Source: an uncultured Gammaproteobacteria bacterium (lineage in GTDB: Bacteria > Patescibacteriota > Patescibacteriia > Magasanikbacterales > JBBTQS01). From it: DNA of 64,000 nt. Location: assembly GCA_964627525.1 (NCBI GenBank), contig CAZVIA010000001.1:72384-136383 (forward strand), in the 5' to 3' direction. This document shows positions 56,223-64,000 of this stretch, in pieces. The notes under the pieces are model-generated. The model was given only the letters and a program-made list of their open reading frames with translations, was not told the DNA's origin and made no database searches. How positions within the stretch are numbered: position 1 is the stretch's first letter; each line of letters opens with the position of its first letter. Position numbers and translations under genes: made by a program.

Positions 56223-57584
56223 ATGCAGATTCAATTTTTTGGAGCCACTAGAGAAGTTACTGGCTCGTGTAATTTAGTAAAATTGCATGAAAATAAAATA
56301 CTAGTCGATTGTGGCTTGTTTCAAGGTTCAAGATTTGCTTCTGAAAAGAATTTTGAGCCATTTAAGTTTGATCCAACAAAGATCGATACTGTTTTAATAA
56401 CTCATGCGCACATAGATCATTGTGGACGAATTCCAAAATTAGTGCACGAAGGTTTTCGTGGAAAAATTATTGCAAGCGAGCCAACAGCTGAACTTGTAAA
56501 ATTAATGTGGCAAGATGCTGTGCGAATAATGCGTTATGGTTTTGAAAAAACAAAACAGCCAATGTTGTTTCAAGAAGAAGATGTTAAATTGGCGCTGTCA
56601 TTGATTGATTCAGTTCCATATCATGAGCCAGTTAGGTTGCCAGACAATGCAACAGCAACTTTTTATGATGCAGGTCATGTGTTAGGTTCTTCTTGGATAA
56701 AAATTCAACTAAACGGAAAGTCAGTTGTTTTTTCTGGTGATATTGGAAATGATGATGTTCCAATTATTCGTGACACAGAACCAATTGGAAAAGCTGATGT
56801 TGTTGTTTGTGAATCAACTTATGGTGATCGCACACATGAAAGTCCTGCGGTTCGTTCTACAAAATTAAAAAAAGTAATTGAAAATGCTGTTGAGCGCGGT
56901 GGAGCTTTAATGATTCCAGCTTTTTCTTTAGAAAGAACTCAAGAAATTTTATATGAATTAAATTGGCTAACAGAAGAATGTAAATGTTTGCCACACGTGC
57001 CAATTTTTCTAGATAGTCCACTGGCAATTGCAGCTACAGATGTTTTTAAAAAATATACAAATTATTATGATCGTGAGGCCAAGGAAATCAGATCTGTTGA
57101 CAGTGATTTGTTTGATTTTCCTAGATTAGAAGTTACACAATCAAGTCATGCTTCTCGTAAAATAAATGACCGTAATAATCCAAAAGTAATTATTGCAGGT
57201 GGTGGGATGATGGTAGGTGGAAGAATTTTGCATCACTTGATTAGGTATTTGCAAGATCCAAAATCTACTTTATTGATTGTTTCTTATCAAGCTGAAGGAA
57301 CTTTGGGTAGAAAAATTCAAGACGGCGCAAAGTCAGTTTCAATTTTTGGAAAACAGATTGAAGTTAAATGTCATATAGAAAAAATTGGTTCATATAGTGC
57401 GCATGGTGATCAGAAAAAAATGTTAAGGTGGTTGCAAACAGCAGATCCAACACCAGAACATATTTATTTAAATCATGGAGATCCTGATTCGCAAGATGAG
57501 TTTATAAAATATATTGAAACTGAAATAAAAACAAAAGCAAGTGCACCAGAGTTTGGTGGAATTGCAGAAATTCCTCTGGATTAG
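56223..57584 (+). CDS. beta-CASP family MBL-fold ribonuclease (CPSF/Ysh1-like, COG1236 type)
   Basis: MQIQFFGATREVTGSC start, HAHIDHCGRIP (HxHxDH), and beta-CASP motifs after the MBL domain. Confidence 0.7.
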   Translation: MQIQFFGATREVTGSCNLVKLHENKILVDCGLFQGSRFASEKNFEPFKFDPTKIDTVLITHAHIDHCGRIPKLVHEGFRGKIIASEPTAELVKLMWQDAVRIMRYGFEKTKQPMLFQEEDVKLALSLIDSVPYHEPVRLPDNATATFYDAGHVLGSSWIKIQLNGKSVVFSGDIGNDDVPIIRDTEPIGKADVVVCESTYGDRTHESPAVRSTKLKKVIENAVERGGALMIPAFSLERTQEILYELNWLTEECKCLPHVPIFLDSPLAIAATDVFKKYTNYYDREAKEIRSVDSDLFDFPRLEVTQSSHASRKINDRNNPKVIIAGGGMMVGGRILHHLIRYLQDPKSTLLIVSYQAEGTLGRKIQDGAKSVSIFGKQIEVKCHIEKIGSYSAHGDQKKMLRWLQTADPTPEHIYLNHGDPDSQDEFIKYIETEIKTKASAPEFGGIAEIPLD

Positions 57585-57587
57585 ATT

Positions 57588-58943
57588 ATGAAAAAACTTT
57601 ACATTGCTGCGATGATTTTTGTTGCGATTTTTGCTGTTTGTATTAGGTTCAATAATTTACAAAATTATTCAACAGTTTGGGCAGATGATGGGGGAGCGCA
57701 CATGCAATATGTTGAAATAGTTTTGCGTGAACATGTTTTGCCAACAATGGATCAAACTTATTTAGCTTGGCACGAACCACTTTATTATGTTGTAAATGCA
57801 GTTTGGATTCAGTGGGGCGAGTGGTTAGGTTTCCAAGGATTAAATTTGTGGGAAACTTTAAATTTTGTTATCGGGTTATTGTTTTTAGTGGTAGTTGGTT
57901 GGTTTACTTATGTTTTTTCAAAAGACAAATGGTTGGCTTTGTTAAATGTTTTTTTGTTCACGGTTTTTTTTCAAAGTGTAAAACTTAGTGCGTTTGTAAA
58001 TAATGAATTATTAGCCCAAACTTTAATTGTCTTGCTAGTTGGGTTATTTATTTTTTGGAAATTATTTGAGCTGGGCAAAATTAAACAAGTTGTGTTGTGG
58101 TCTGTAATTTTGGGTTTGGCTTTGTTAGCAAAATTAACAGTTGTAATTGTTTTTATTGCAGTGGGAATTTTGTGGCTAGGTTATGCTTTGATTAAGAAAA
58201 AACCACACACAATAAAATATTTAATTTTGTGCGCAGTAATTGTTGGTGCAATAAATACACCTTGGTTAATTTATAAACAGCAAAATTTTGGTCATGCATT
58301 TTCCACAAATATTTATGAACAAAACACAAAGCAATCTTTATTAACAAGTGATGCTTGGGATTATATTTTTGAAATTGATTTAGCTTTTATAAAAACTTAT
58401 CCATATTGGCACGGAAAAATTATTCCAGTATCTTATTCTTTTGCAGGAATTTTTATTGCAGACAGTTTTTCAGATTATTATAATTTATTTACAAATGCAG
58501 ATGCTGTTGAAAATTTAGCAGATGAACAAAAACAAATTGTTGGAAATGGTCGTGCAGTGAATTTAGAAAATTGGAATAACATGTTGTGGATGAATAGGTT
58601 GGGATTACTTTTTGTGATGATTTGGCTGGCGGGGTTGTTAGTATTATTTTGGCGATTGATTTTTGCACAAAAGTTTAAGCAAAAAAATAATTGGTATGAA
58701 TATTTTGTGATTTTGATTTTAATAGGTGGTTGGTTGGCGCTTTTGTATAATAATTTAAGACATCCGTATTTAGAGCGTGGAGTTTTAAAAACTTCATTTA
58801 TATTATTTACTTTCCCGATTTGGACGACTTTAGCTTATCAAGGTTGGCACAAAATTATTAAGAAAAAAACATTATTGTTTAGCTTGATGCTTGTGTTAAT
58901 TGTGATATATGCTGTAATTGCATGGCCAGTGATTTTTGTATGA
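57588..58943 (+). CDS. polytopic membrane protein, probable GT-C glycosyltransferase (ArnT/PMT-like)
   Basis: About 12 TM helices and an early periplasmic loop with DDGG. Overlaps (ATGA) the downstream polyprenol-phosphate glycosyltransferase, which is a typical pairing. Confidence 0.4.
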   Translation: MKKLYIAAMIFVAIFAVCIRFNNLQNYSTVWADDGGAHMQYVEIVLREHVLPTMDQTYLAWHEPLYYVVNAVWIQWGEWLGFQGLNLWETLNFVIGLLFLVVVGWFTYVFSKDKWLALLNVFLFTVFFQSVKLSAFVNNELLAQTLIVLLVGLFIFWKLFELGKIKQVVLWSVILGLALLAKLTVVIVFIAVGILWLGYALIKKKPHTIKYLILCAVIVGAINTPWLIYKQQNFGHAFSTNIYEQNTKQSLLTSDAWDYIFEIDLAFIKTYPYWHGKIIPVSYSFAGIFIADSFSDYYNLFTNADAVENLADEQKQIVGNGRAVNLENWNNMLWMNRLGLLFVMIWLAGLLVLFWRLIFAQKFKQKNNWYEYFVILILIGGWLALLYNNLRHPYLERGVLKTSFILFTFPIWTTLAYQGWHKIIKKKTLLFSLMLVLIVIYAVIAWPVIFV

Positions 58944-59653
58944 AGACTTTAGTTATAATTCCAACTTATAATGAAAAAGAAAACATTGAAAAATTAATCA
59001 ATGAGGTTTTGAAATTTAATGTTAATGTTTTGGTTGTAGATGATAATTCTCCAGATGGTACGGGCGAAATTGTTAAAAATATGTTAAGGCAAAATTCAGC
59101 ACAAAGGTCTGGGCAAAATGTAAATTTAATTAAGCGTGCACAAAAGTTAGGTTTGGGAAGTGCATATCAAGCTGGTTTTAAATGGGGGATTGAAAATAAT
59201 TTTGATTTGTTTTTTCAAATGGATGCAGATTTTTCTCATGATCCAAAAGATTTGCAAAAAATGATTCAGGAAATTCAAAACAGTGCAGAAGTTGTAATTG
59301 GTTCTCGCAGAATTCTTGGTGGAAAAATTATTGGATGGAGTTGGTTTAGACATTTTTCAAGTTGGGGAGCCATGAGTTTTTCAAGATTAATTTTAAGATT
59401 AAAAACAAAAGATGTCACAGCTGGTTATCGTGCGTTTACAAAAAATGCTTTAGCAAAGATTAATTGGCAAAATGTTAAATCAAATGGTTATGCTTTTCAA
59501 GAGGAGATAATTTATTTGTGTGAGCGTGCTGGATTGAAAATTAAAGAAGTTCCGGTTGTATTTGTGGATCGTAAAGTAGGGAAGTCAAAGTTGGGGATTA
59601 AAGAGATTTTTAATTTTTTTAAAACTTTGTTTAGGTTGTTTTTTTCAAAATAA
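58940..59653 (+). CDS. polyprenol-phosphate sugar synthase, GT2 (DPM1/ArnC/GtrB-like)
   Basis: IIPTYNEKENI...VVDDNSPDGTGEIV and DADFSHDP. Confidence 0.8.
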   Translation: MKTLVIIPTYNEKENIEKLINEVLKFNVNVLVVDDNSPDGTGEIVKNMLRQNSAQRSGQNVNLIKRAQKLGLGSAYQAGFKWGIENNFDLFFQMDADFSHDPKDLQKMIQEIQNSAEVVIGSRRILGGKIIGWSWFRHFSSWGAMSFSRLILRLKTKDVTAGYRAFTKNALAKINWQNVKSNGYAFQEEIIYLCERAGLKIKEVPVVFVDRKVGKSKLGIKEIFNFFKTLFRLFFSK

Positions 59654-59676
59654 CATCATTCAAAATAATTTTTAAT

Positions 59677-59738
59677 AAAAAAAGACCCCCCGCACTATGT
59701 TACAATTCGTGCGTAAGGGCCTTGTTTTGGGGGGTCTT
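59677..59738. terminator. strong intrinsic terminator (terminates minus-strand ncRNA-2; also lies 3' of the plus-strand GT2 gene)
   Basis: A7, then gaagacccccc ...38-nt loop... ggggggtcttc. On the minus strand it reads stem then U7. Confidence 0.6.
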
Positions 59739-60209
59739 CAGACGCCGCCATGTCCCCCCGGTTCAGTACTCCAGGATTAGAAGGACTTGCATCTCTTCTG
59801 CCTTCCTTTGGCTTTTGAGGTCAGCCACTCCAGAGAGCCATCGCGTTTTTTTTGCGGTTGTTACAAAGGTGCGATAACTGTTTTTGACAATTTCGTATCG
59901 TGCTGTCGTCAGCAGTCAACTTAGTTTCTTAAAACTCGCTTTGTTTATTCTGCTGTTTTTACACTGCAGGTTGTTTTGCGAGTTACACATGCTTTCATGC
60001 TTTCATAGTCCTTGGAGGTTCAGATTAACATCCTCCCCAAGCTACACCGCCTTGTGTGTTTAGGCGCTGAGGTGCTTCCACCTAACTGATTCAGTCAGGC
60101 TTTAGTAGCCGTGCGAGCAGAACCATTTCTCGCGTACCTCCTTTGCTGGCTTTTGTACGCATTACCAGCGTTTTACTGCTCGTGGTTCTTTTTGTACAAG
60201 TAAGCAGTA
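59677..60209 (-). ncRNA. candidate large structured noncoding RNA, unit 2 (about 530 nt, about 50% GC), family unknown
   Basis: Defined by a perfect promoter (60216-60244) and terminator (59677-59738). No ORF longer than 24 codons in the transcribed sense. Many GC-rich hairpins. The 5' end folds immediately (tactgct..agcagta). Confidence 0.5.
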
Positions 60210-60215
60210 AATGGT

Positions 60216-60244
60216 ATTGTAACACATGTGCGAGATTCTGTCAA
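60216..60244 (-). promoter_or_regulatory. sigma70 promoter TTGACA-N17-TACAAT (minus strand) for ncRNA unit 2
   Basis: Reverse complement reads ttgaca gaatctcgcacatgtgt tacaat. Confidence 0.6.
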
Positions 60245-60284
60245 GCTCGTGCCTACGGCACTCGCTTGTCAACTGCGTCGCTAC

Positions 60285-60320
60285 GCAAAAAAGCAAGTAA
60301 AACTTGCTTTTTTAGTCTCC
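60285..60320. terminator. bidirectional hairpin terminator between the two ncRNA units
   Basis: aaaaaa gcaagt aaaa cttgc tttttt. Confidence 0.45.
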
Positions 60321-60350
60321 ACTCCTTGTTGTCAAACCCTTAGTTTAAAC

Positions 60351-60892
60351 AAAAAAAGAAGACCCGTACCGTAATGGTTCGTGTCTTCTACAGGAGGATC
60401 AAGTTTTGACAGAAACTATGGTAGTTAACCTCCAGAGCAGGTGTTCCAATTCTGCTCCTGCTAATGATGGGGTGCCGAAGCCCACCTTTGCTTCCACTAC
60501 CAGGAGGGTTCCTATTATATGGCCCAACCCATCCAACCTTCTGCTTTGTCGCATCAAGTTGGTCCTTACTCCACACTTGTCATCGTGTGTAAGGCATAAG
60601 AGCCGTTTTTTAGGGTATTTTAGTTCTCAGGCGCGACCCCGAGATCTTGGTACCTCTCTAAACCTCACCAACTATGGGACGCGACTCCCTTTCTGCTGCA
60701 CTGTTGGCGTACAGGTTCTAGCGCTTAGAATTGGATCCAGGCCTTTCAGCGGGACCCAGTTCAATGCGTTCTGGTGCGTAGTTAGAGCACCTCTTTATTA
60801 TCTCCTTTTTGCCGTTATTCGTTTGTCGCCCTTTGAGCACACAGACCCTCTTCAAAAGTTGTCAGAGTCTTGGCTTGCAAAAGACCAAACGA
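60351..60892 (-). ncRNA. candidate large structured noncoding RNA, unit 1 (about 540 nt, about 50% GC), family unknown
   Basis: Defined by a perfect promoter (60899-60927) and an intrinsic terminator (hairpin 60358-60388 plus U7 on the minus strand). The only sense ORF has a GTG start, 62 codons and a low-complexity product. The antisense 181-aa ORF has a non-protein-like composition. Confidence 0.5.
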
Positions 60893-60898
60893 AGACAT

Positions 60899-60927
60899 AC
60901 TATAGCATGTTTGAGAGATTTTGTCAA
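60899..60927 (-). promoter_or_regulatory. sigma70 promoter TTGACA-N17-TATAGT (minus strand) for ncRNA unit 1
   Basis: Reverse complement reads ttgaca aaatctctcaaacatgc tatagt. 26/29 identical to the promoter at 27351-27379. Confidence 0.6.
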
Positions 60928-60977
60928 GTCTTTGGTTTCGTGGTAATCTAATATTGTGTAATTTAAGAGAAATTTAT

Positions 60978-61676
60978 ATGAAAAAAATTATTATTTTGGC
61001 GACAATTGTTTTGTTAGGATTAGGATGTTCAACTCCAAATCCTGCTCCTGTAGACAGCACTGCAGATAAACCTGCTTCTGCTGAATCTGATCAGCCGGTT
61101 GAAAATCAAGAAAAACCAACTACTGAAGCGCCAGCACCTGCAATAGATACACCACCACTTCCACAAGATGCACCAATTTACACTCGCAAACAAGGTGAGT
61201 CTAATGATACCTTTGTACATAGAGTTGCAATGACTCATTACAATAATATGCTTGGAATGAGAATGCATGATGTAATTGAGGGTATGATGGCTGGTGTGGA
61301 TAAGTCTTTGTTGGCTTTTTATTTTCCAGAAGAAGTTTCAGCAACAAAAAGTTATAAAGGTTTTGTGTTAGTTCCATTAAATGTTCAGGGCGAACATGCT
61401 TTTTTACCAATGCCAGATATGGATATGGGATTTTACACTGGAATTGAATCTGTGTTTTTCGCAAATGCTGATGATGATTCTGCAAAAGAAATTGTTGTGT
61501 TAATGTCTCAAATGTCTGGTGCTGGGCAAATAGCAGGAGAATCAATGATGTATGAGTCGGCTGTGTTTGATTGGACTGGTGAAAAGTTTAAATTTAAACA
61601 AGATGTAAGTAAATTAATCGGAAACTTGTACCCAGCTTCAGAAGTTAAAAAACAATTAAAAAGTCTCGGGTTTTAA
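60978..61676 (+). CDS. lipoprotein, hypothetical
   Basis: MKKIIILATIVLLGLGCSTP lipobox and a Pro/Ala-rich linker. Confidence 0.6.
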   Translation: MKKIIILATIVLLGLGCSTPNPAPVDSTADKPASAESDQPVENQEKPTTEAPAPAIDTPPLPQDAPIYTRKQGESNDTFVHRVAMTHYNNMLGMRMHDVIEGMMAGVDKSLLAFYFPEEVSATKSYKGFVLVPLNVQGEHAFLPMPDMDMGFYTGIESVFFANADDDSAKEIVVLMSQMSGAGQIAGESMMYESAVFDWTGEKFKFKQDVSKLIGNLYPASEVKKQLKSLGF

Positions 61677-61693
61677 AATTTTTTTAAAAAAAT

Positions 61694-62119
61694 ATGAAAA
61701 CAAAATTTTTTACTTTAATTGGTGTGATGGTTTTGGTGGGTTTGGGTTGTGGAAATGGTTTGTTGGGTGTACAGCCAGAAGGTGCGATTGGGCTTGAGCA
61801 AGGTTATTATATGATTCCTCCGGAGGGATATTTAACACCTGAAGATAAAACAAATGCAATAACTGATTATCATTGTTTGGTTTATTTGGATGATAGTTAT
61901 AAATTGACTGGGCAAAGTTGGCATGAAGAAACTGCTACACAAAGATTTGGTGATAATGGGTATAATTTGGTTAGATGGCGTGATGGGGGATATCTTATGA
62001 AAATTGATGCGCATTTGTTGGGTACAAAAGTAAAATTCACTTTGGATAATCCATCAGGAAAGCAAAGGTGTGTTGATGAGTTTTATGAGATATTAAGATC
62101 TGTTGGTGGTGGAGAGTAA
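61694..62119 (+). CDS. lipoprotein, hypothetical
   Basis: MKTKFFTLIGVMVLVGLGCGNG lipobox. Confidence 0.6.
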   Translation: MKTKFFTLIGVMVLVGLGCGNGLLGVQPEGAIGLEQGYYMIPPEGYLTPEDKTNAITDYHCLVYLDDSYKLTGQSWHEETATQRFGDNGYNLVRWRDGGYLMKIDAHLLGTKVKFTLDNPSGKQRCVDEFYEILRSVGGGE

Positions 62120-62234
62120 AAAACACTTTTTGAAAAAGTTTAAAAATTTTAAAGGCTGGTTGTTTTAAAAAACAGCTGGCTTTTTTAATAAAACCAAAGT
62201 TATACACAACCAAGTGGCTTGACTTAACATATCA

Positions 62235-62290
62235 GTGGGGTAAAATGGAGATATAGGATGATTATGTGGGGATAAGTGGGAAAGGGAGCC
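62235..62290 (+). promoter_or_regulatory. MraZ operator-like direct repeats (GTGGG series) upstream of mraZ
   Basis: gtgggg at 62235, gtgggg at 62266 and gtggga at 62276 with about 10-nt phasing (GTGGGgataaGTGGGaaag). Confidence 0.45.
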
Positions 62291-62345
62291 ACTTATCCCT
62301 GCTAAAGATCGAAAAGTTTTAGTCGATCAATTTTGTGTATACATT

Positions 62346-62777
62346 ATGTTTATTGGAGAATTCCAACACAGCATAGATAGTAAAGGCAGGTTAGCAGTTC
62401 CTGGTAAATTCCGCGCCCAAGTAAAAGCAGGTGCAGTTGTAACTAGGGGACTAGATAACTGTTTGTTTCTATACACAAAAAAAGAATGGCAAGTTCTTGC
62501 AAAAAAACTCGCTACATTACCTCTAAGTAAATCTAATACTCGTGCATTCGCCCGACTCATGCTTGCTGGCGCAATGGATGTAAAGTTAGATTCACAAGGA
62601 AGAATTCTTCTTCCAGAATATCTGCGAAAGTTCGCAGGGCTGAAAAAAAATGCTGTTGTTGCAGGTTTGTATGACCGCCTAGAAATCTGGGATAAGCAAC
62701 AATGGGAAAAATATAAAGCAGGGACTGAAAAAGATTCAGTAAGCATTGCCGAGCAAATAGGAGAATTAGGAATTTAG
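62346..62777 (+). CDS. mraZ: division/cell-wall cluster transcriptional regulator MraZ
   Basis: FIGEFQHSIDSKGRLAVP ... LDSQGRILLP: duplicated SpoVT/AbrB-like halves. Confidence 0.9.
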   Translation: MFIGEFQHSIDSKGRLAVPGKFRAQVKAGAVVTRGLDNCLFLYTKKEWQVLAKKLATLPLSKSNTRAFARLMLAGAMDVKLDSQGRILLPEYLRKFAGLKKNAVVAGLYDRLEIWDKQQWEKYKAGTEKDSVSIAEQIGELGI

Positions 62778-62779
62778 TT

Positions 62780-63658
62780 ATGAGGCATATACCTGTATTA
62801 AAAGGAGAAGTAATCTCCTCGCTTAACTTGTCTTCAAATGACTTGGTAATTGACTGCACACTTGGTGATGCAGGACATGCACAAGCAATTTTGGAGAGCA
62901 AATCAGATGTTGAGTTGTTGGGAATAGATGCTGACCCTGAAGCAATTTTGCGTAGTAAAAAATTTCTTGATAAATATTTAGATCAAGTGATTTTTGTGCG
63001 AGATTCATTTTCAAACATTGCACAAATTTCTCGTAAAAATAATTTTGAGCCAAATGCAATTTTATTTGACCTTGGCTGGAGCACTCCACAATTTGAAGAA
63101 CGTGGTAGGGGATTTTCATTTCAAAAAAATGAAAATTTAGATATGAGATACGATGCTCCAATCCATAATGGTGCAGGTGCAATGACAGCTGCTGATGTAG
63201 TTAATAAATATTCGGTTCAAGATTTGACTCTAATATTCTCAAGATATGGGGAAGAAAAAAAAGCAAAACAAATTGCAAAAGAAATAGCTAAGGTTCGCAG
63301 TAAAAAGAAAATTAAAACAACACAAGAATTAGCAGACCTGATTGAAGGGGTTTATAAAAATCGTCGTGGAAAAATTCATCCTGCAACAAAAGTTTTTCAG
63401 GCCTTAAGAATAGAAGTTAATGATGAGTTTGGGGTTTTAAGACAAGGTCTAAAAGATGCAGTTGAAGTTTTGAAAAAAGATGGTCGGTTGTGTGTGATAA
63501 GTTTTCATTCTGGAGAAGATAGAATTATAAAAAAATTTATTGATTCACATCCTGATTTAAAATCATTTACAAAAAAACCAATCACAGCAAGTTCAGAAGA
63601 GTTAGAGGAAAATCCGCGCGCACGAAGCGCAAAATTAAGAGTTGCAATAAAACAATAG
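62780..63658 (+). CDS. rsmH: 16S rRNA (cytosine1402-N4)-methyltransferase RsmH
   Basis: HIPVLKGEV...DCTLGDAGHA and FHSGEDRIIK. Confidence 0.9.
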   Translation: MRHIPVLKGEVISSLNLSSNDLVIDCTLGDAGHAQAILESKSDVELLGIDADPEAILRSKKFLDKYLDQVIFVRDSFSNIAQISRKNNFEPNAILFDLGWSTPQFEERGRGFSFQKNENLDMRYDAPIHNGAGAMTAADVVNKYSVQDLTLIFSRYGEEKKAKQIAKEIAKVRSKKKIKTTQELADLIEGVYKNRRGKIHPATKVFQALRIEVNDEFGVLRQGLKDAVEVLKKDGRLCVISFHSGEDRIIKKFIDSHPDLKSFTKKPITASSEELEENPRARSAKLRVAIKQ

Positions 63659-63664
63659 AATAAA

Positions 63665-64000
63665 ATGAAATTTATTTCATCATACAAATCAAATAAAAAA
63701 GAGCCAAAGCGCGCAAGAAGAATGCGCAGAGGTTTGGGTTGGTGGTATGAAAAAGTTTGCGAGTCAACAATGCTGCGAATGGCTTTGTGTGGAATGATTT
63801 TAATGTTTGGAGTAGGGTACAGTGTTTTAACAAGTAGTACTGCAACTAAGGGTTATGAATTAAGTGATGTTGAACAACAAGTTTATGATTTGCGTGAAGA
63901 AAATCAGAGATTGCGTCTTTCAATTGCAGAGCATCGTTCATTGCAAAACATTCAATCAAAAATAAATACACTTGGTTTAGTGCCAGTTGAAAAAATAAAT
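63665..64000 (+). CDS. ftsL: cell-division protein FtsL-like, 3' end truncated by the window edge
   Basis: Short basic cytoplasmic segment, one TM (MLRMALCGMILMFGVGYSVL) and a coiled coil. Positioned after rsmH as in dcw clusters. Confidence 0.5.
   Translation, partial: MKFISSYKSNKKEPKRARRMRRGLGWWYEKVCESTMLRMALCGMILMFGVGYSVLTSSTATKGYELSDVEQQVYDLREENQRLRLSIAEHRSLQNIQSKINTLGLVPVEKIN

Noticed and set aside
59677-60892. Identification of the two ncRNA units as tmRNA, RNase P RNA, SRP RNA or rRNA fragments
   Set aside because: I checked by eye for the tmRNA 5' GGGG / 3' T-arm-ACCA ends and an Ala-Ala-stop tag frame, the RNase P P4 motifs (GGAAAGUCCGGGC / ACAGAACCCGGCUUA), SRP domain IV (GGAAGCAGCC), and the 16S 530-loop/3' end and 23S sarcin-ricin sequences. 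None are present, so the family is left open.
60406-60951. 181-aa plus-strand ORF (and 66-aa ORF at 60143..60343) covering the ncRNA locus
   Set aside because: The composition (Ser/Arg/Cys/Pro/Leu-rich) is not protein-like and there is no SD or promoter. The ORF runs antisense through a consensus minus-strand promoter and across strong minus-strand terminators, so it is most likely a chance ORF in GC-rich noncoding DNA.

Overview
This window reads as a low-GC (about 33%) chromosomal segment from a small-genome bacterium, most likely of the Candidate Phyla Radiation (Patescibacteria). The indications are a split ComEC, an archaeal-type UMP kinase, an alpha2-type GlyRS, a short HrcA and many small secreted or membrane proteins with no recognisable family.

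Core content:
- rplJ-rplL with a structured leader.
- mreB, holB, frr, glyQS, tpiA, rpmG, hrcA-grpE-hsp20-dnaK-dnaJ with a perfect CIRCE operator, rnhA, recJ, lepA, murJ and mraZ-rsmH-ftsL.
- A MacAB-like efflux operon, two glycosylation gene clusters, and four tRNAs (Thr-GGT, Tyr-GTA, Thr-TGT, Trp-CCA).

Accessory and unusual content is concentrated at the tRNA cluster between about 24.2 and 30.5 kb:
- A class I Fic toxin with an upstream small antitoxin that carries the SxxxEG inhibitory motif.
- A 94-bp element with perfect 23-bp inverted repeats, resembling a miniature transposon.
- Two genes of about 57% GC, which must be foreign, together with an AbrB-like gene.
- A 644-aa membrane protein with a C-terminal RG-repeat tail.

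The most striking feature lies at 59.68-60.93 kb. Two tandem GC-rich units of about 530 nt sit on the minus strand. Each has a textbook sigma70 promoter and an intrinsic terminator but no credible ORF, so I take them to be large noncoding RNAs of unknown family. Their promoters are near-identical to the promoter of one of the foreign GC-rich genes 33 kb away.

Other oddities:
- A GC-rich structured element with a strong Shine-Dalgarno site upstream of comEC.
- comEC split exactly at an A7 tract.
- A chimeric PilC/PilB gene remnant.
- Calcium-binding thrombospondin-type-3 (TSP3) repeat surface proteins, one of them fused to an L,D-transpeptidase.
- A perfect 42-bp tandem duplication inside a coiled-coil gene.
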